Assembly (NCBI GenBank): GCA_038230375.1
Contig: JBBRNJ010000075.1
Coordinates: 1 to 44,460 of the forward strand
DNA from: Polyangiales bacterium
Lineage (GTDB): Bacteria > Myxococcota_A > Polyangia > Polyangiales > Polyangiaceae
Direction: 5' to 3'
Length of the DNA: 44,460 bases
In this document: one piece after another, positions 1 to 10,138 of the stretch
How positions within the stretch are numbered: the first letter of the stretch is position 1
Layout of the letters: each line of letters begins with the position of its first letter
Position numbers and translations under genes: made by a program
Notes under the pieces: generated by a model
Seen by the model: the letters and a program-made list of their open reading frames with translations, nothing else
Told to the model about the DNA's origin: nothing
Database searches by the model: none

Positions 1-678
1 GACAACCCGAGCATCACGCGCGACGTGTCCGGTGAAGGCGTGCAGCAGGCGCTGCTCAAGATCATCGAAGGCACCATCGCAAACGTTCCGCCCAAGGGCG
101 GACGCAAGCACCCGCAGCAGGACTTCCTGCAGGTCGACACGCAGAACATTCTCTTCATCTGCGGCGGCGCGTTCGTGGGTCTCGATCAGATCGTCCAGCG
201 CCGCATCGGTCAGCAGACGCTCGGCTTCGGCGCGGACATCAAGAGCAAGAAGGACTTCAAGCTGGGCGAGCTCTTCGCGCAGGTGCAGCCCGAGGACTTG
301 CTGAAGTTCGGCCTCATCCCGGAGTTCATCGGTCGTCTGCCCGTCATCGCCACGCTCCACGAGCTGAACGAGGACGCGCTCGTCGACATCCTCACGAAGC
401 CGAAGAACGCGCTCGTGAAGCAGTTCCAGCGCCTATTTGACATGGACGGCGTGAAGCTCAAGTTCGCGAAGAACGCCCTGACGGCGGTCGCCAAGGAGGC
501 GCTCAAGCGCAACTCCGGCGCCCGCGGTCTCCGCGCGATCCTGGAAGGCGCGATGCTCGACATCATGTACGACATCCCATCGCGCGGTGGCATCAAGGAA
601 GTCGTGATCAACGAAGAGGTGATCACGAAGGGCGAAGCGCCCCTCATCGTCTACCAAAAAGAGGCAGAGCTAGCCTGA
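1..678 (+). CDS. clpX: ATP-dependent Clp protease ATP-binding subunit ClpX (5'-truncated by window edge)
   Basis: Frame is open from base 1: [35 protein letters not shown], the LGF ClpP-docking loop, [12 protein letters not shown] and GARGLRAI. Stop TGA at 676-678. Confidence 0.97.
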   Translation, partial: DNPSITRDVSGEGVQQALLKIIEGTIANVPPKGGRKHPQQDFLQVDTQNILFICGGAFVGLDQIVQRRIGQQTLGFGADIKSKKDFKLGELFAQVQPEDLLKFGLIPEFIGRLPVIATLHELNEDALVDILTKPKNALVKQFQRLFDMDGVKLKFAKNALTAVAKEALKRNSGARGLRAILEGAMLDIMYDIPSRGGIKEVVINEEVITKGEAPLIVYQKEAELA

Positions 679-684
679 GTGAAG

Positions 685-704
685 CGGGGTCCGAAAGGGC
701 CCCG
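685..704 (+). terminator. GC-rich hairpin after clpX (terminator or mRNA-stabilising stem)
   Basis: CGGGGTCC-GAAA-GGGCCCCG: 8-bp stem with one G-U pair and a GNRA loop, 6 nt after the clpX stop. The U-tract is weak. Confidence 0.55.
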
Positions 705-733
705 AGCTCATTTCGGGTCGGGGTCAGCGGCAC

Positions 734-739
734 TACGAT
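734..739 (+). promoter_or_regulatory. Putative -10 element for a leaderless transcript of the TPR-like gene
   Basis: TACGAT, then 6 nt, then ATG at 746. No Shine-Dalgarno (SD) and no convincing -35. Confidence 0.45.
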
Positions 740-745
740 GCAGTC

Positions 746-1597
746 ATGACCGACGACATGCGCGTCTGCGGCTTCGCACGACACGAGATGGAGCTGCTCT
801 CCGCGGGTGACGGGGATCGCAAACTCGGACGGCTTCGGCTTGCGCTCGCTGCATTCGAGAAGTGCGTGGCGGCGGAAGGGGCCGACGCGCAACGGGGCGA
901 GGCGATGTGCGATATCGCCGAGGCCTACGACACGATGAACGACGTACCTGCGGCGACGGGCTGGCTCGACCGCGCGCTCGCGCTGGACGCGTTCAGAACG
1001 AGCGACGCGTGGGCGTGGCGCTCTCACAGCGCTGCGCTTCGATATCTGTGGCGGGGCGATCACCTGCGCGCCGTGGCCCTGGCGGGCGATGCGCTCTCCT
1101 TCGCGCGGAGGAAGGGCGCCGAAGCTTCTGAGGGCGGCGTGATCGGCGTGCTCGTCACCTTGGCGGACGCGCTGGTCGGGGCCGGTCAGCCGGCGGACGC
1201 GCTGCCGCTGGTCTCCGAGGGTCGGGCGCTGTTCGCGCGGTCGGCGTGGCTGCAGAAGCACAGCCCCGGATACCTGATCGAGCTGCCGTACCACGAAGGT
1301 CGCGCGCTGGCGGCGCTGGGCCAGCTGGACGCTGCAGCGCGCGTGCTCGATGAGGCAGAGGCGGCGACCGCGACGTGGAAGGAGAACCCTGAGCGCCGCA
1401 ACATCCTGCTTGCGAGCGCCGGCGTGCGACGTGATCTGGGCCAGCACGAGGAGGCTCTCTCTCGCGTACGGGAGGTCGATGCGTGGTGGGACGAGCACAT
1501 CGCGTTGCGCCAGAAGCACGACGCCGAGCCCGCGGAGCTGGACGCGGCGAGGGCCGAGCGTGACGCGCTACGGCGCGCGTGGGGACTCCAGGGTTAA
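746..1597 (+). CDS. Tetratricopeptide-repeat-like alpha-helical protein (283 aa)
   Basis: Ala/Leu-rich helical hairpins with TPR-like patterns (EGRALAALGQLDAAARVLDEA; SAGVRRDLGQHEEALSRVRE). Fills the gap between clpX and lon. Confidence 0.7.
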   Translation: MTDDMRVCGFARHEMELLSAGDGDRKLGRLRLALAAFEKCVAAEGADAQRGEAMCDIAEAYDTMNDVPAATGWLDRALALDAFRTSDAWAWRSHSAALRYLWRGDHLRAVALAGDALSFARRKGAEASEGGVIGVLVTLADALVGAGQPADALPLVSEGRALFARSAWLQKHSPGYLIELPYHEGRALAALGQLDAAARVLDEAEAATATWKENPERRNILLASAGVRRDLGQHEEALSRVREVDAWWDEHIALRQKHDAEPAELDAARAERDALRRAWGLQG

Positions 1598-1624
1598 AGC
1601 GGGGGAGAATAGACACCCGCGAGG

Positions 1625-1653
1625 TTGGTATTCCCTCCGATCTTCGCTAGATT
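1625..1653 (+). promoter_or_regulatory. Putative sigma70-type promoter for lon (leaderless geometry)
   Basis: TTGGTA (1625-1630), 17 bp, TAGATT (1648-1653), 7 nt, ATG at 1661. No SD. Confidence 0.6.
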
Positions 1654-1660
1654 CCCGTCG

Positions 1661-4150
<2,490 letters not shown>

Positions 4151-4178
4151 GGCGCATCGGGAGCGTCCGAAAAATCAG

Positions 4179-4207
4179 TTGACCAAACGGGACCCTCTGC
4201 CTAAAAG
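4179..4207 (+). promoter_or_regulatory. Sigma70-type promoter of the tRNA pair
   Basis: TTGACC (4179-4184), 17 bp, TAAAAG (4202-4207), preceded by an A-tract and ending 16 nt before tRNA-Val. Confidence 0.65.
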
Positions 4208-4223
4208 CACGGGCTCTCACGTT

Positions 4224-4298
4224 GGGCGGGTAGCTCAGCGGTAGAGCGCTGGCCTTACAAGCCGGATGTCGCAGGTTCAAGCCCTGTCCCGCCCACCA
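4224..4298 (+). tRNA. tRNA-Val (anticodon TAC)
   Basis: Acceptor stem GGGCGGG/CCCGCCC, D-arm GCTC..GAGC, anticodon arm CTGGC-CTTACAA-GCCGG, T-loop TTCAAG, encoded CCA end. Confidence 0.97.
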
Positions 4299-4370
4299 TC
4301 TCTCTGGTCCCTTCGGACATATTTCTTCAGAGAGCTCGTTGGCAACAAGGCCGAGTGAAGCAGTCACCAC

Positions 4371-4447
<77 letters not shown>

Positions 4448-4460
4448 ACAAATCGCGTAG

Positions 4461-5111
4461 CTAGAGCAAGGTGGTCCGGGTTTTCCCGGTCCACCTTGTT
4501 CGTTTGAGGCGACCGCAACCACGACGCCGGCCGCGCGATGGAACGGGGAGATCACCACCTTGTAGTGGTGCGGTAGACCTTTTGCCGAACGACGTTGTCA
4601 GAAACTCGTTCCCCTCGGTTGTGCGCGCGAAGACCGCGTACCAGTGCGGCGGCAGTGGGCCCTCGGGGAAGGTGTGACCTGCGACGGTGATGGAGCCGGG
4701 CTCCTTCGTGGTCTCTGCGACTGCGGAGATTCCAAAGCCAACGGTGTCAGGCGGTGTGGCGCTGTGGAGCACGCCGCTCCACGGACCATCCACACCGCTC
4801 CCGCACGACGGATTCCACTTGGCGCGTCGACCGCGGGTTGGCGCCGCCGGACAAAGATCCTGGAAGCCCCGGTTCGCGCTCGCGTACCGGCCGTACTCTG
4901 CGAAGTGAGCTTCCTCCCCAAGTCTCACGCTATAAACCATCTGAAGCGCTTCCGTGTCACCGGTATTCCGCCATCGATCGCATCCGGTGAGCGCGAGCGC
5001 GATCAGCGGGGGCAACACGAGCGTCGTCGAGAGAAGCGTCCACAGGGCTTCGTGGACTCCTCGCCAGTCAGTGCGGCTCTTCGTGCACACGGTCATCTCG
5101 TCCTCGCTCAT
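4461..5111 (-). CDS. Pilin-like exported protein or lipoprotein; C-terminus possibly frameshifted (alternative stop at 4552)
   Basis: ATG 5111 has GGAGG upstream. A hydrophobic segment ends in LIALALTGC, followed by TEALQMVYSVRLGEEAHFAEYGRY, which resembles the alpha1-C helix of type IV pilins. No GFxxxE prepilin motif. Confidence 0.55.
   Translation of the reverse strand: MSEDEMTVCTKSRTDWRGVHEALWTLLSTTLVLPPLIALALTGCDRWRNTGDTEALQMVYSVRLGEEAHFAEYGRYASANRGFQDLCPAAPTRGRRAKWNPSCGSGVDGPWSGVLHSATPPDTVGFGISAVAETTKEPGSITVAGHTFPEGPLPPHWYAVFARTTEGNEFLTTSFGKRSTAPLQGGDLPVPSRGRRRGCGRLKRTRWTGKTRTTLL
4464..4505. terminator. Long hairpin, probable (possibly bidirectional) terminator of the tRNA operon
   Basis: GAGCAAGGTGGTCCGGG-TTTT-CCCGGTCCACCTTGTTC: 17-nt arms with one mismatch, followed by GTTT. 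Starts 16 nt after tRNA-Asp. Confidence 0.8.
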
Positions 5112-5175
5112 AGTGTACCTCCGAACCGGAGGTTTCGCTGTTGGTGGACGCGCGGCGTCGTGCGAGGAATGGTGC

Positions 5176-5679
5176 ATGTCTCGTGTCGTGTGCAACGTCG
5201 TGCTGGTCGTCTTCGCGATGGGGGCCGTAGCAGCGTGCAAGTCGCAGGAGAAGCGGGAGGCTGAGCTCCAGGAGCGTGTGCGGGTCGCTCGCGATGCGGG
5301 CGACTTGCTTCGCGTGGGGGACCTGAACGCGAATGACGGTGGTGTGGATGCATCCGCCGCTGCGCCTGTCGATCCGTGGAAGCGCGCGCTCGACGAGAGC
5401 GTGCAGCGCGCGCTCTGCGATGTGGACGCCGGCCCGGTCTACCTGCTGAACGATCACGTGTTCGAGACGAGCTGCAGGACACTCGTACAACGGCGCCATC
5501 CCGACGCGACGTTTCCGTACGGCTTCGGCAGCGTCCGCGGAACGTGCAAGCGCACCCTCATCTCGCGCGCGACGGTTCGCGGCAGCATGCGCGCGTACGA
5601 TTGCACCTTCGACCCGCTCACGGGTGAGGTCGTCTTCGCTGGCCTCCTCTACACGAACCCCTTCGTCGACGGTGGCTGA
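5176..5679 (+). CDS. Hypothetical lipoprotein (167 aa)
   Basis: GAGGA SD before ATG 5176. Signal MSRVVCNVVLVVFAMGAVAA-C, a DAG/DGG linker, and four further Cys. Confidence 0.65.
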   Translation: MSRVVCNVVLVVFAMGAVAACKSQEKREAELQERVRVARDAGDLLRVGDLNANDGGVDASAAAPVDPWKRALDESVQRALCDVDAGPVYLLNDHVFETSCRTLVQRRHPDATFPYGFGSVRGTCKRTLISRATVRGSMRAYDCTFDPLTGEVVFAGLLYTNPFVDGG

Positions 5680-5823
5680 TCCGCGCTGACGTCGTCAACG
5701 CGCGCCGCTCCCCGCAGTTCGCGCGTCGCTGTCTGGCAAATCGTCCTCCTCGCACACGTCGTGCTCAAGTTGGTGAGGTCGGAGCCGTTCACCTCCTCCG
5801 AGAGCTACACAAGGAGAACGATC

Positions 5824-7869
5824 ATGAACGGCGAGGATTTTGGCGGTCGGGCAACACGTAGGGTGGTACGGGTCTTCGTTTGGGGGAGCCTGGCAGCCCT
5901 CGTCGCGTGCTCTGGCACGCAGAAGACCGAGCCGGAGAACGTCGGTTCTGCCCAGAGCTCACTCCTCACCACGCCGTGCGCCTGGGACGCGCAGGGCAAC
6001 CTGCAGCTCGTCGCCAAGGCGAACGAGATCGCGTACGTCGGCTTCGTCGCTGGCTGCGCGACCGGCGCGATGGACCTGTGCGTCGTCACGAACGCGGTCG
6101 ACACGCAGCAGAACGCCTGCCACGTGAACTCGTCCAAGGGCGTGACCATCACGGGCGCCGGCGGCGCTGGCAACCCAACGGAGAAGGTCATCGTGGACTA
6201 CTCCAACGGGCTCTTCAGCCTCGGCAAGGTCTCGCTGGTGCTCGACACGTCTGTCGGTCACCTCTCGAGCGTCCTCATCATGCCGCCGTCGGGTGGTAGC
6301 AACATGGCGCTTGGCGCCAGCGGCCTCGATGCCGACACGACCTCGGCGCGCGTCGGCGGTCCGAAGCTCGACGTCGCGACGAAGTGGTCCACGGCCGCGG
6401 CGCCCGGAACGGTGGTCTTCCAGGGCGGCGCAGGCGCGGACACGTTCGTGGCAGACACGTCCGGCCTCGCGGCACCGCCTGCGGGCTGGGACCTGGTGGC
6501 CAAGCTCGGGATCGTGGGTGCGGCGTTTGCCGGTCCGCTGACCGTGAGCGGCGGCGGCGGCAACGACGTCATGGCGGGCGGCGCGGGCACCAACACCCTG
6601 CTGGGTGGCCCCGGCGACGACACGTTCCTCCAGAGCACCAAGTCGACGGCCGACACGATGCAAGGTGGCGACGGCTTCGACACCGTCGACTACAGCGCAC
6701 GCGCAGCGAGCGTCAACGTGACGGTCGGCGTCAGCGGCGCGGTCACCACTGCAGCGATGGGCGCTGCTGGCGGCACTGGCTACAAGGCGAACGACATCCT
6801 CACCATCGTCGGCGGCGCGGCCCCCGCGACAGTGAAGGTCTCCACCGTGAGCCTTGCAGGCGCTGTCACGGCGGTCGCCATCGTCACCCCTGGCGCAGGC
6901 TACTCGACGGGTGTGGGCGTCGCGACAATGGGCGGCTCTGGCAACGGCGCGGCGACGGTGAACGTCTCCGCGGTCGGCCCGGACGATGGCGCGCCTGGTG
7001 AGAAGGACGACGTACAGATCGACGTCGAGCGCGTGAAGGGCGGCGCGGGCGCTGACGTTCTCGATGCACGCGCGGTCACGCTGTCCGACGTGGTTCTCCT
7101 GGGCCAGGGCGGCGCGGACATCCTCCGCGGCGGCGCGGGCGCGGACGATCTCTGCGGTGGCCTTGGCAACGACCGCTTCTACTGGAGCGGCTGCACGGCT
7201 GGATCCTGTCCGGCGACCAGCGCGGGCGACTCACTCGCTGGCGGTGGCGGCCTCGATACGGCCGACTACAGCACTGCAAGCGGCGCAGTCGTCGTCTGCC
7301 TCAACCCGGCCGACGCGACGTGCACCGCGGGCCCGCAGAACGGCGTTGCAGGTGCGGTCGACGTCATCAACGACACGGGCGCGACAGCCTGCCCCGGCGC
7401 ACGCGCCTTCACCATCGCCTGCGGCGCTGGCTACAACGCGTACACACCTGGCGCCGTCTCCTATACGTGCGGCACGGCAACGTACAACTCGGTCGCGGCC
7501 GGCGGTGCGATGTCGAACGACGTGCAGAACCTCACGGGCCACCCCACCGCGGGTAGCACGCTGGATTGCGGAACGCTGGCCTGCACGGTCGTCGGTGGCT
7601 CCGGCGCTGACACCATCACCGGTTCGCCGCTCATCGACTCGATTGACGGCAACGGTGGCGGCGACACCATCGCCACCGCGGGCGGCGCGGACCTCGTCGA
7701 CCTCACCCACACGGGCGGCGGCGTGACCGACCAGATCGACTGCAACAGCAACGCGGTCACCATCCTCGCAGACAACGCCGACACGCTGACGTGCTGGGAC
7801 GGAGCCTCCGCCTTCGCCGCATGCGACTCCTCGTCGACCTGCCTCAGCGCGAGCATCATCCAGCAGTGA
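5824..7869 (+). CDS. RTX/hemolysin-type Ca2+-binding repeat lipoprotein (681 aa)
   Basis: AGGAG SD before ATG 5824; lipobox LAALVA-C; many GGxGxD nonapeptides (GGGGNDVM, GGPGDDTF, GGDGFDTV, GGAGADVL, GGLGNDRF, GGSGADTI). Confidence 0.85.
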   Translation: MNGEDFGGRATRRVVRVFVWGSLAALVACSGTQKTEPENVGSAQSSLLTTPCAWDAQGNLQLVAKANEIAYVGFVAGCATGAMDLCVVTNAVDTQQNACHVNSSKGVTITGAGGAGNPTEKVIVDYSNGLFSLGKVSLVLDTSVGHLSSVLIMPPSGGSNMALGASGLDADTTSARVGGPKLDVATKWSTAAAPGTVVFQGGAGADTFVADTSGLAAPPAGWDLVAKLGIVGAAFAGPLTVSGGGGNDVMAGGAGTNTLLGGPGDDTFLQSTKSTADTMQGGDGFDTVDYSARAASVNVTVGVSGAVTTAAMGAAGGTGYKANDILTIVGGAAPATVKVSTVSLAGAVTAVAIVTPGAGYSTGVGVATMGGSGNGAATVNVSAVGPDDGAPGEKDDVQIDVERVKGGAGADVLDARAVTLSDVVLLGQGGADILRGGAGADDLCGGLGNDRFYWSGCTAGSCPATSAGDSLAGGGGLDTADYSTASGAVVVCLNPADATCTAGPQNGVAGAVDVINDTGATACPGARAFTIACGAGYNAYTPGAVSYTCGTATYNSVAAGGAMSNDVQNLTGHPTAGSTLDCGTLACTVVGGSGADTITGSPLIDSIDGNGGGDTIATAGGADLVDLTHTGGGVTDQIDCNSNAVTILADNADTLTCWDGASAFAACDSSSTCLSASIIQQ

Positions 7870-7897
7870 CGAAGACCGCCTGAACAGGGCGTGAGAT

Positions 7898-7945
7898 TGC
7901 GAGGGCCGGCCGTGCGAGAGATCGCGCGGTCGGCTTCTCGCATTT
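7898..7945 (+). terminator. Long hairpin after the RTX gene
   Basis: Bases 7898-7917 pair with 7922-7942 (20 bp including G-U pairs, one bulge) around a GAGA GNRA loop, followed by TTT. Confidence 0.7.
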
Positions 7946-8040
7946 GGGAGCGCCAGTGTGATGACGCCGCGTCGTCAGCATGGCGGCGTCGAGCCTCGAG
8001 AAGCGCTGGAAATCAGGGGCTGCGCAAGCGTTCCGCTCCG

Positions 8041-8056
8041 TGGCATGCGCGTTGCG
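8041..8056 (+). promoter_or_regulatory. Sigma54 (-24/-12) promoter
   Basis: TGGCATG-CGCG-TTGCG versus consensus TGGCACG-N4-TTGCW, with exact GG-N10-GC spacing, upstream of a three-gene operon. Confidence 0.7.
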
Positions 8057-8067
8057 ACGTCAGCGAC

Positions 8068-9150
8068 ATGCGCGTCGTTCGTCTTCTTCCCACCATCGCC
8101 CTGGGCACGTTGCTCGTCACCGCCGCCTGCAGCTCGCAGACCCCCAACGGCGCATCGGGACAGGCGCCCACGTCCGTGGGACCCGGCAGCACGGAAGCCG
8201 CCGATGCGGGCACCGGCGCAGATGCAGGGTCGGGCGGCGGCACGAGCCCGCACGTGGACGGCGGAGCGGATGGTGGGTCGAGCGCGGCAGACTCAGGGGT
8301 CCACCCGACGGATGGCGGAGCGATCGTCGATGCGGGCACGCATGACGTCGGGATGCTTCCACTGCTCGCAAGCGATCACTGCCAGAGCGCCCCGCAGATC
8401 CCGCTCACCACGGTCAACGCGCACCTCAACCTGAACGCCGACACCACAAGCGCCACACCGGACGTGAGCGCGCCGTGCAGCGCGGCCAGTGGCGCGGATG
8501 TCTTCTACCAGTTCTCGATCTCCAAGCCCGCGTTCATCTACGCAGACACCTTCGGCGCGTCGTGGAGCACACTGCTCTACCTCCTTTCGTCGAGCTGCAC
8601 GCCCCTCACCACCAGCACCACCCCGAACGACACGCTCTGCAACGAGGGCGGATGTGGGACCTCGCAGTCGCAGATCGTCGCATTGCTTCCGCCCGGCAAC
8701 TACCGGCTCGGGCTCGGCGGCAGCGGCGGTGCGACAGGCAGCGCGGTCATTCACTTCGAGCTCGCGCTTGCCGGCAGTGGCACTGCGACGGCGCTTCCAC
8801 AGGGCATGTCGCAGCAAACGGGTGCGACAGTCGGAGTGAGCGGGAACGTCAACAACCAGTCCGGCGGCTGCGTGGCCGCTGGTCCGGAGGACGCGTACTG
8901 GTGGACGGCGTGCCCCGCCGATGGCGCCGGTCAGCTGACCGCCACGACGTGTGGCGGCGCCACCTGGGAGACGTTGCTCGAGACGGAGATCCCCGGAACC
9001 ACGCCCTACAAGTGCTCGCTGGATACGTGCGGTATGCAGACAGCGCTCACGACCAACGTTCCCGCGGGCGCGGGTCTTCGCGTCCTCCTCGTCGACGGGC
9101 AGGCCGGCACTTCCGCCGGCGCCTACACGATGCAGGTCAACCGCCCGTAG
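8068..9150 (+). CDS. Cys-containing surface lipoprotein, paralog A (PPC-like beta domains; 360 aa)
   Basis: Signal MRVVRLLPTIALGTLLVTAA-C, a DAG/DGG linker, then a 10-Cys region with GADVFYQF, YADTFG and LPPGNY. Confidence 0.8.
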   Translation: MRVVRLLPTIALGTLLVTAACSSQTPNGASGQAPTSVGPGSTEAADAGTGADAGSGGGTSPHVDGGADGGSSAADSGVHPTDGGAIVDAGTHDVGMLPLLASDHCQSAPQIPLTTVNAHLNLNADTTSATPDVSAPCSAASGADVFYQFSISKPAFIYADTFGASWSTLLYLLSSSCTPLTTSTTPNDTLCNEGGCGTSQSQIVALLPPGNYRLGLGGSGGATGSAVIHFELALAGSGTATALPQGMSQQTGATVGVSGNVNNQSGGCVAAGPEDAYWWTACPADGAGQLTATTCGGATWETLLETEIPGTTPYKCSLDTCGMQTALTTNVPAGAGLRVLLVDGQAGTSAGAYTMQVNRP

Positions 9151-9163
9151 GAGCCAGACCGCC

Positions 9164-10138
9164 GTGCGTCCCATCTACATTCCCAGCGTCGCGCTCGCGG
9201 CGACCTTCGTGGTCATCGCTTGCTCTTCATCGCCCGGCGACACCAACGACGCCACCGCTCCCCAGAACACATCGAGCGACGGCGGCAAGGGCCAGGGCGG
9301 GGGAGTCTCTGATGCCCTTGCACCAGAGGCCGCAGCGACCGGGAACGAACCGGACGCCGCGATCGTGGGCGCCGGAAGCGACCACTGCGCGAAGGCCACC
9401 GTGATCCCGCTCGTCGCGCGCCGCTCGGAGCTGCATGCCGACACAACCGCCGCCACGCATGATGTCGATGTGCCGTGCGCGTCGGACAGCGGTGCCGACG
9501 TGTTCTATCAGTTCACGCTCTCCCGCCGCGTCCTGGTCTACGCCGACACCTTCGGCGCCACCTGGAACACCGCGCTCTTCCTGCTGTCCAATGGCTGCGT
9601 GCCGCTCACCACACCGACGATGGCTGGCGACGCGGTGTGCAGCGACGAGGAGTGCGGAACGTCGCAGTCCCGGCTCGTCGCGCTCCTTCCGCCCGGCAAC
9701 TACAAGCTTGGCCTGGGTGGCAGCGGCGCAGGTCTGGCGACGATTCATTTCGAGTTCGTCCTGGCCGCCAGCGGCACGGAGACGGCGCTTCCGCAGGGAG
9801 CGACCGAGCAATCAGGCACGACCCAGGGCGACACCGGCAACGTGCAAGAGGATGGCTGTCTCGCCGCGGGCCCCGAGAATGGTTACTGGTGGACGACGTG
9901 CCCCGCCGACCACGGCGGCGCACTGCTCGCGTCGACGTGCGGCGGTGCCACCTGGGAGACCCTGCTCTCGGCGAGCATCCCACGCGCGCCCGCGACCATG
10001 TGCAGTGTAGGCACGTGCAATCTACAGACGGAGCTCAAGACCACGGTGCCCGCGGGCGCGGGTGTGCACCACCTGCTGGTCGATGGTCAGGCGGCCAACG
10101 CGCGCGGTCCCTACGTGATGCAGGTCACGCGGCCATGA
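9164..10138 (+). CDS. Cys-containing surface lipoprotein, paralog B (324 aa)
   Basis: AGGAG overlaps the previous stop; GTG start at 9164; signal ...ATFVVIA-C. Colinear with paralog A, with the same 10 Cys. Confidence 0.8.
   Translation: MRPIYIPSVALAATFVVIACSSSPGDTNDATAPQNTSSDGGKGQGGGVSDALAPEAAATGNEPDAAIVGAGSDHCAKATVIPLVARRSELHADTTAATHDVDVPCASDSGADVFYQFTLSRRVLVYADTFGATWNTALFLLSNGCVPLTTPTMAGDAVCSDEECGTSQSRLVALLPPGNYKLGLGGSGAGLATIHFEFVLAASGTETALPQGATEQSGTTQGDTGNVQEDGCLAAGPENGYWWTTCPADHGGALLASTCGGATWETLLSASIPRAPATMCSVGTCNLQTELKTTVPAGAGVHHLLVDGQAANARGPYVMQVTRP

Noticed and set aside
4299..4370. Small RNA between the two tRNAs
   Set aside because: Only short hairpins (CTCTCTG/CAGAGAG, GTCC-CTTC-GGAC), which are ordinary for a precursor spacer.
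5680..5823. Riboswitch or third sigma54 promoter upstream of the RTX gene (TCGCACA-CGTC-GTGCT at 5750-5765; CGTCGTCA at 5690)
   Set aside because: The invariant -24 GG is CG here, only 8 bp match the shared upstream motif, and no riboswitch consensus was recognised. An Rfam scan and TSS mapping would settle it.
9475..10134. N-terminal 220 aa of the 1269-aa ORF call
   Set aside because: It overlaps paralog B in another frame. ATG 10135 gives a signal peptide and an ATGA overlap.
8068..10138. Diversity-generating retroelement template/variable pair
   Set aside because: Differences are not adenine-specific, both copies are complete genes, and there is no reverse transcriptase.
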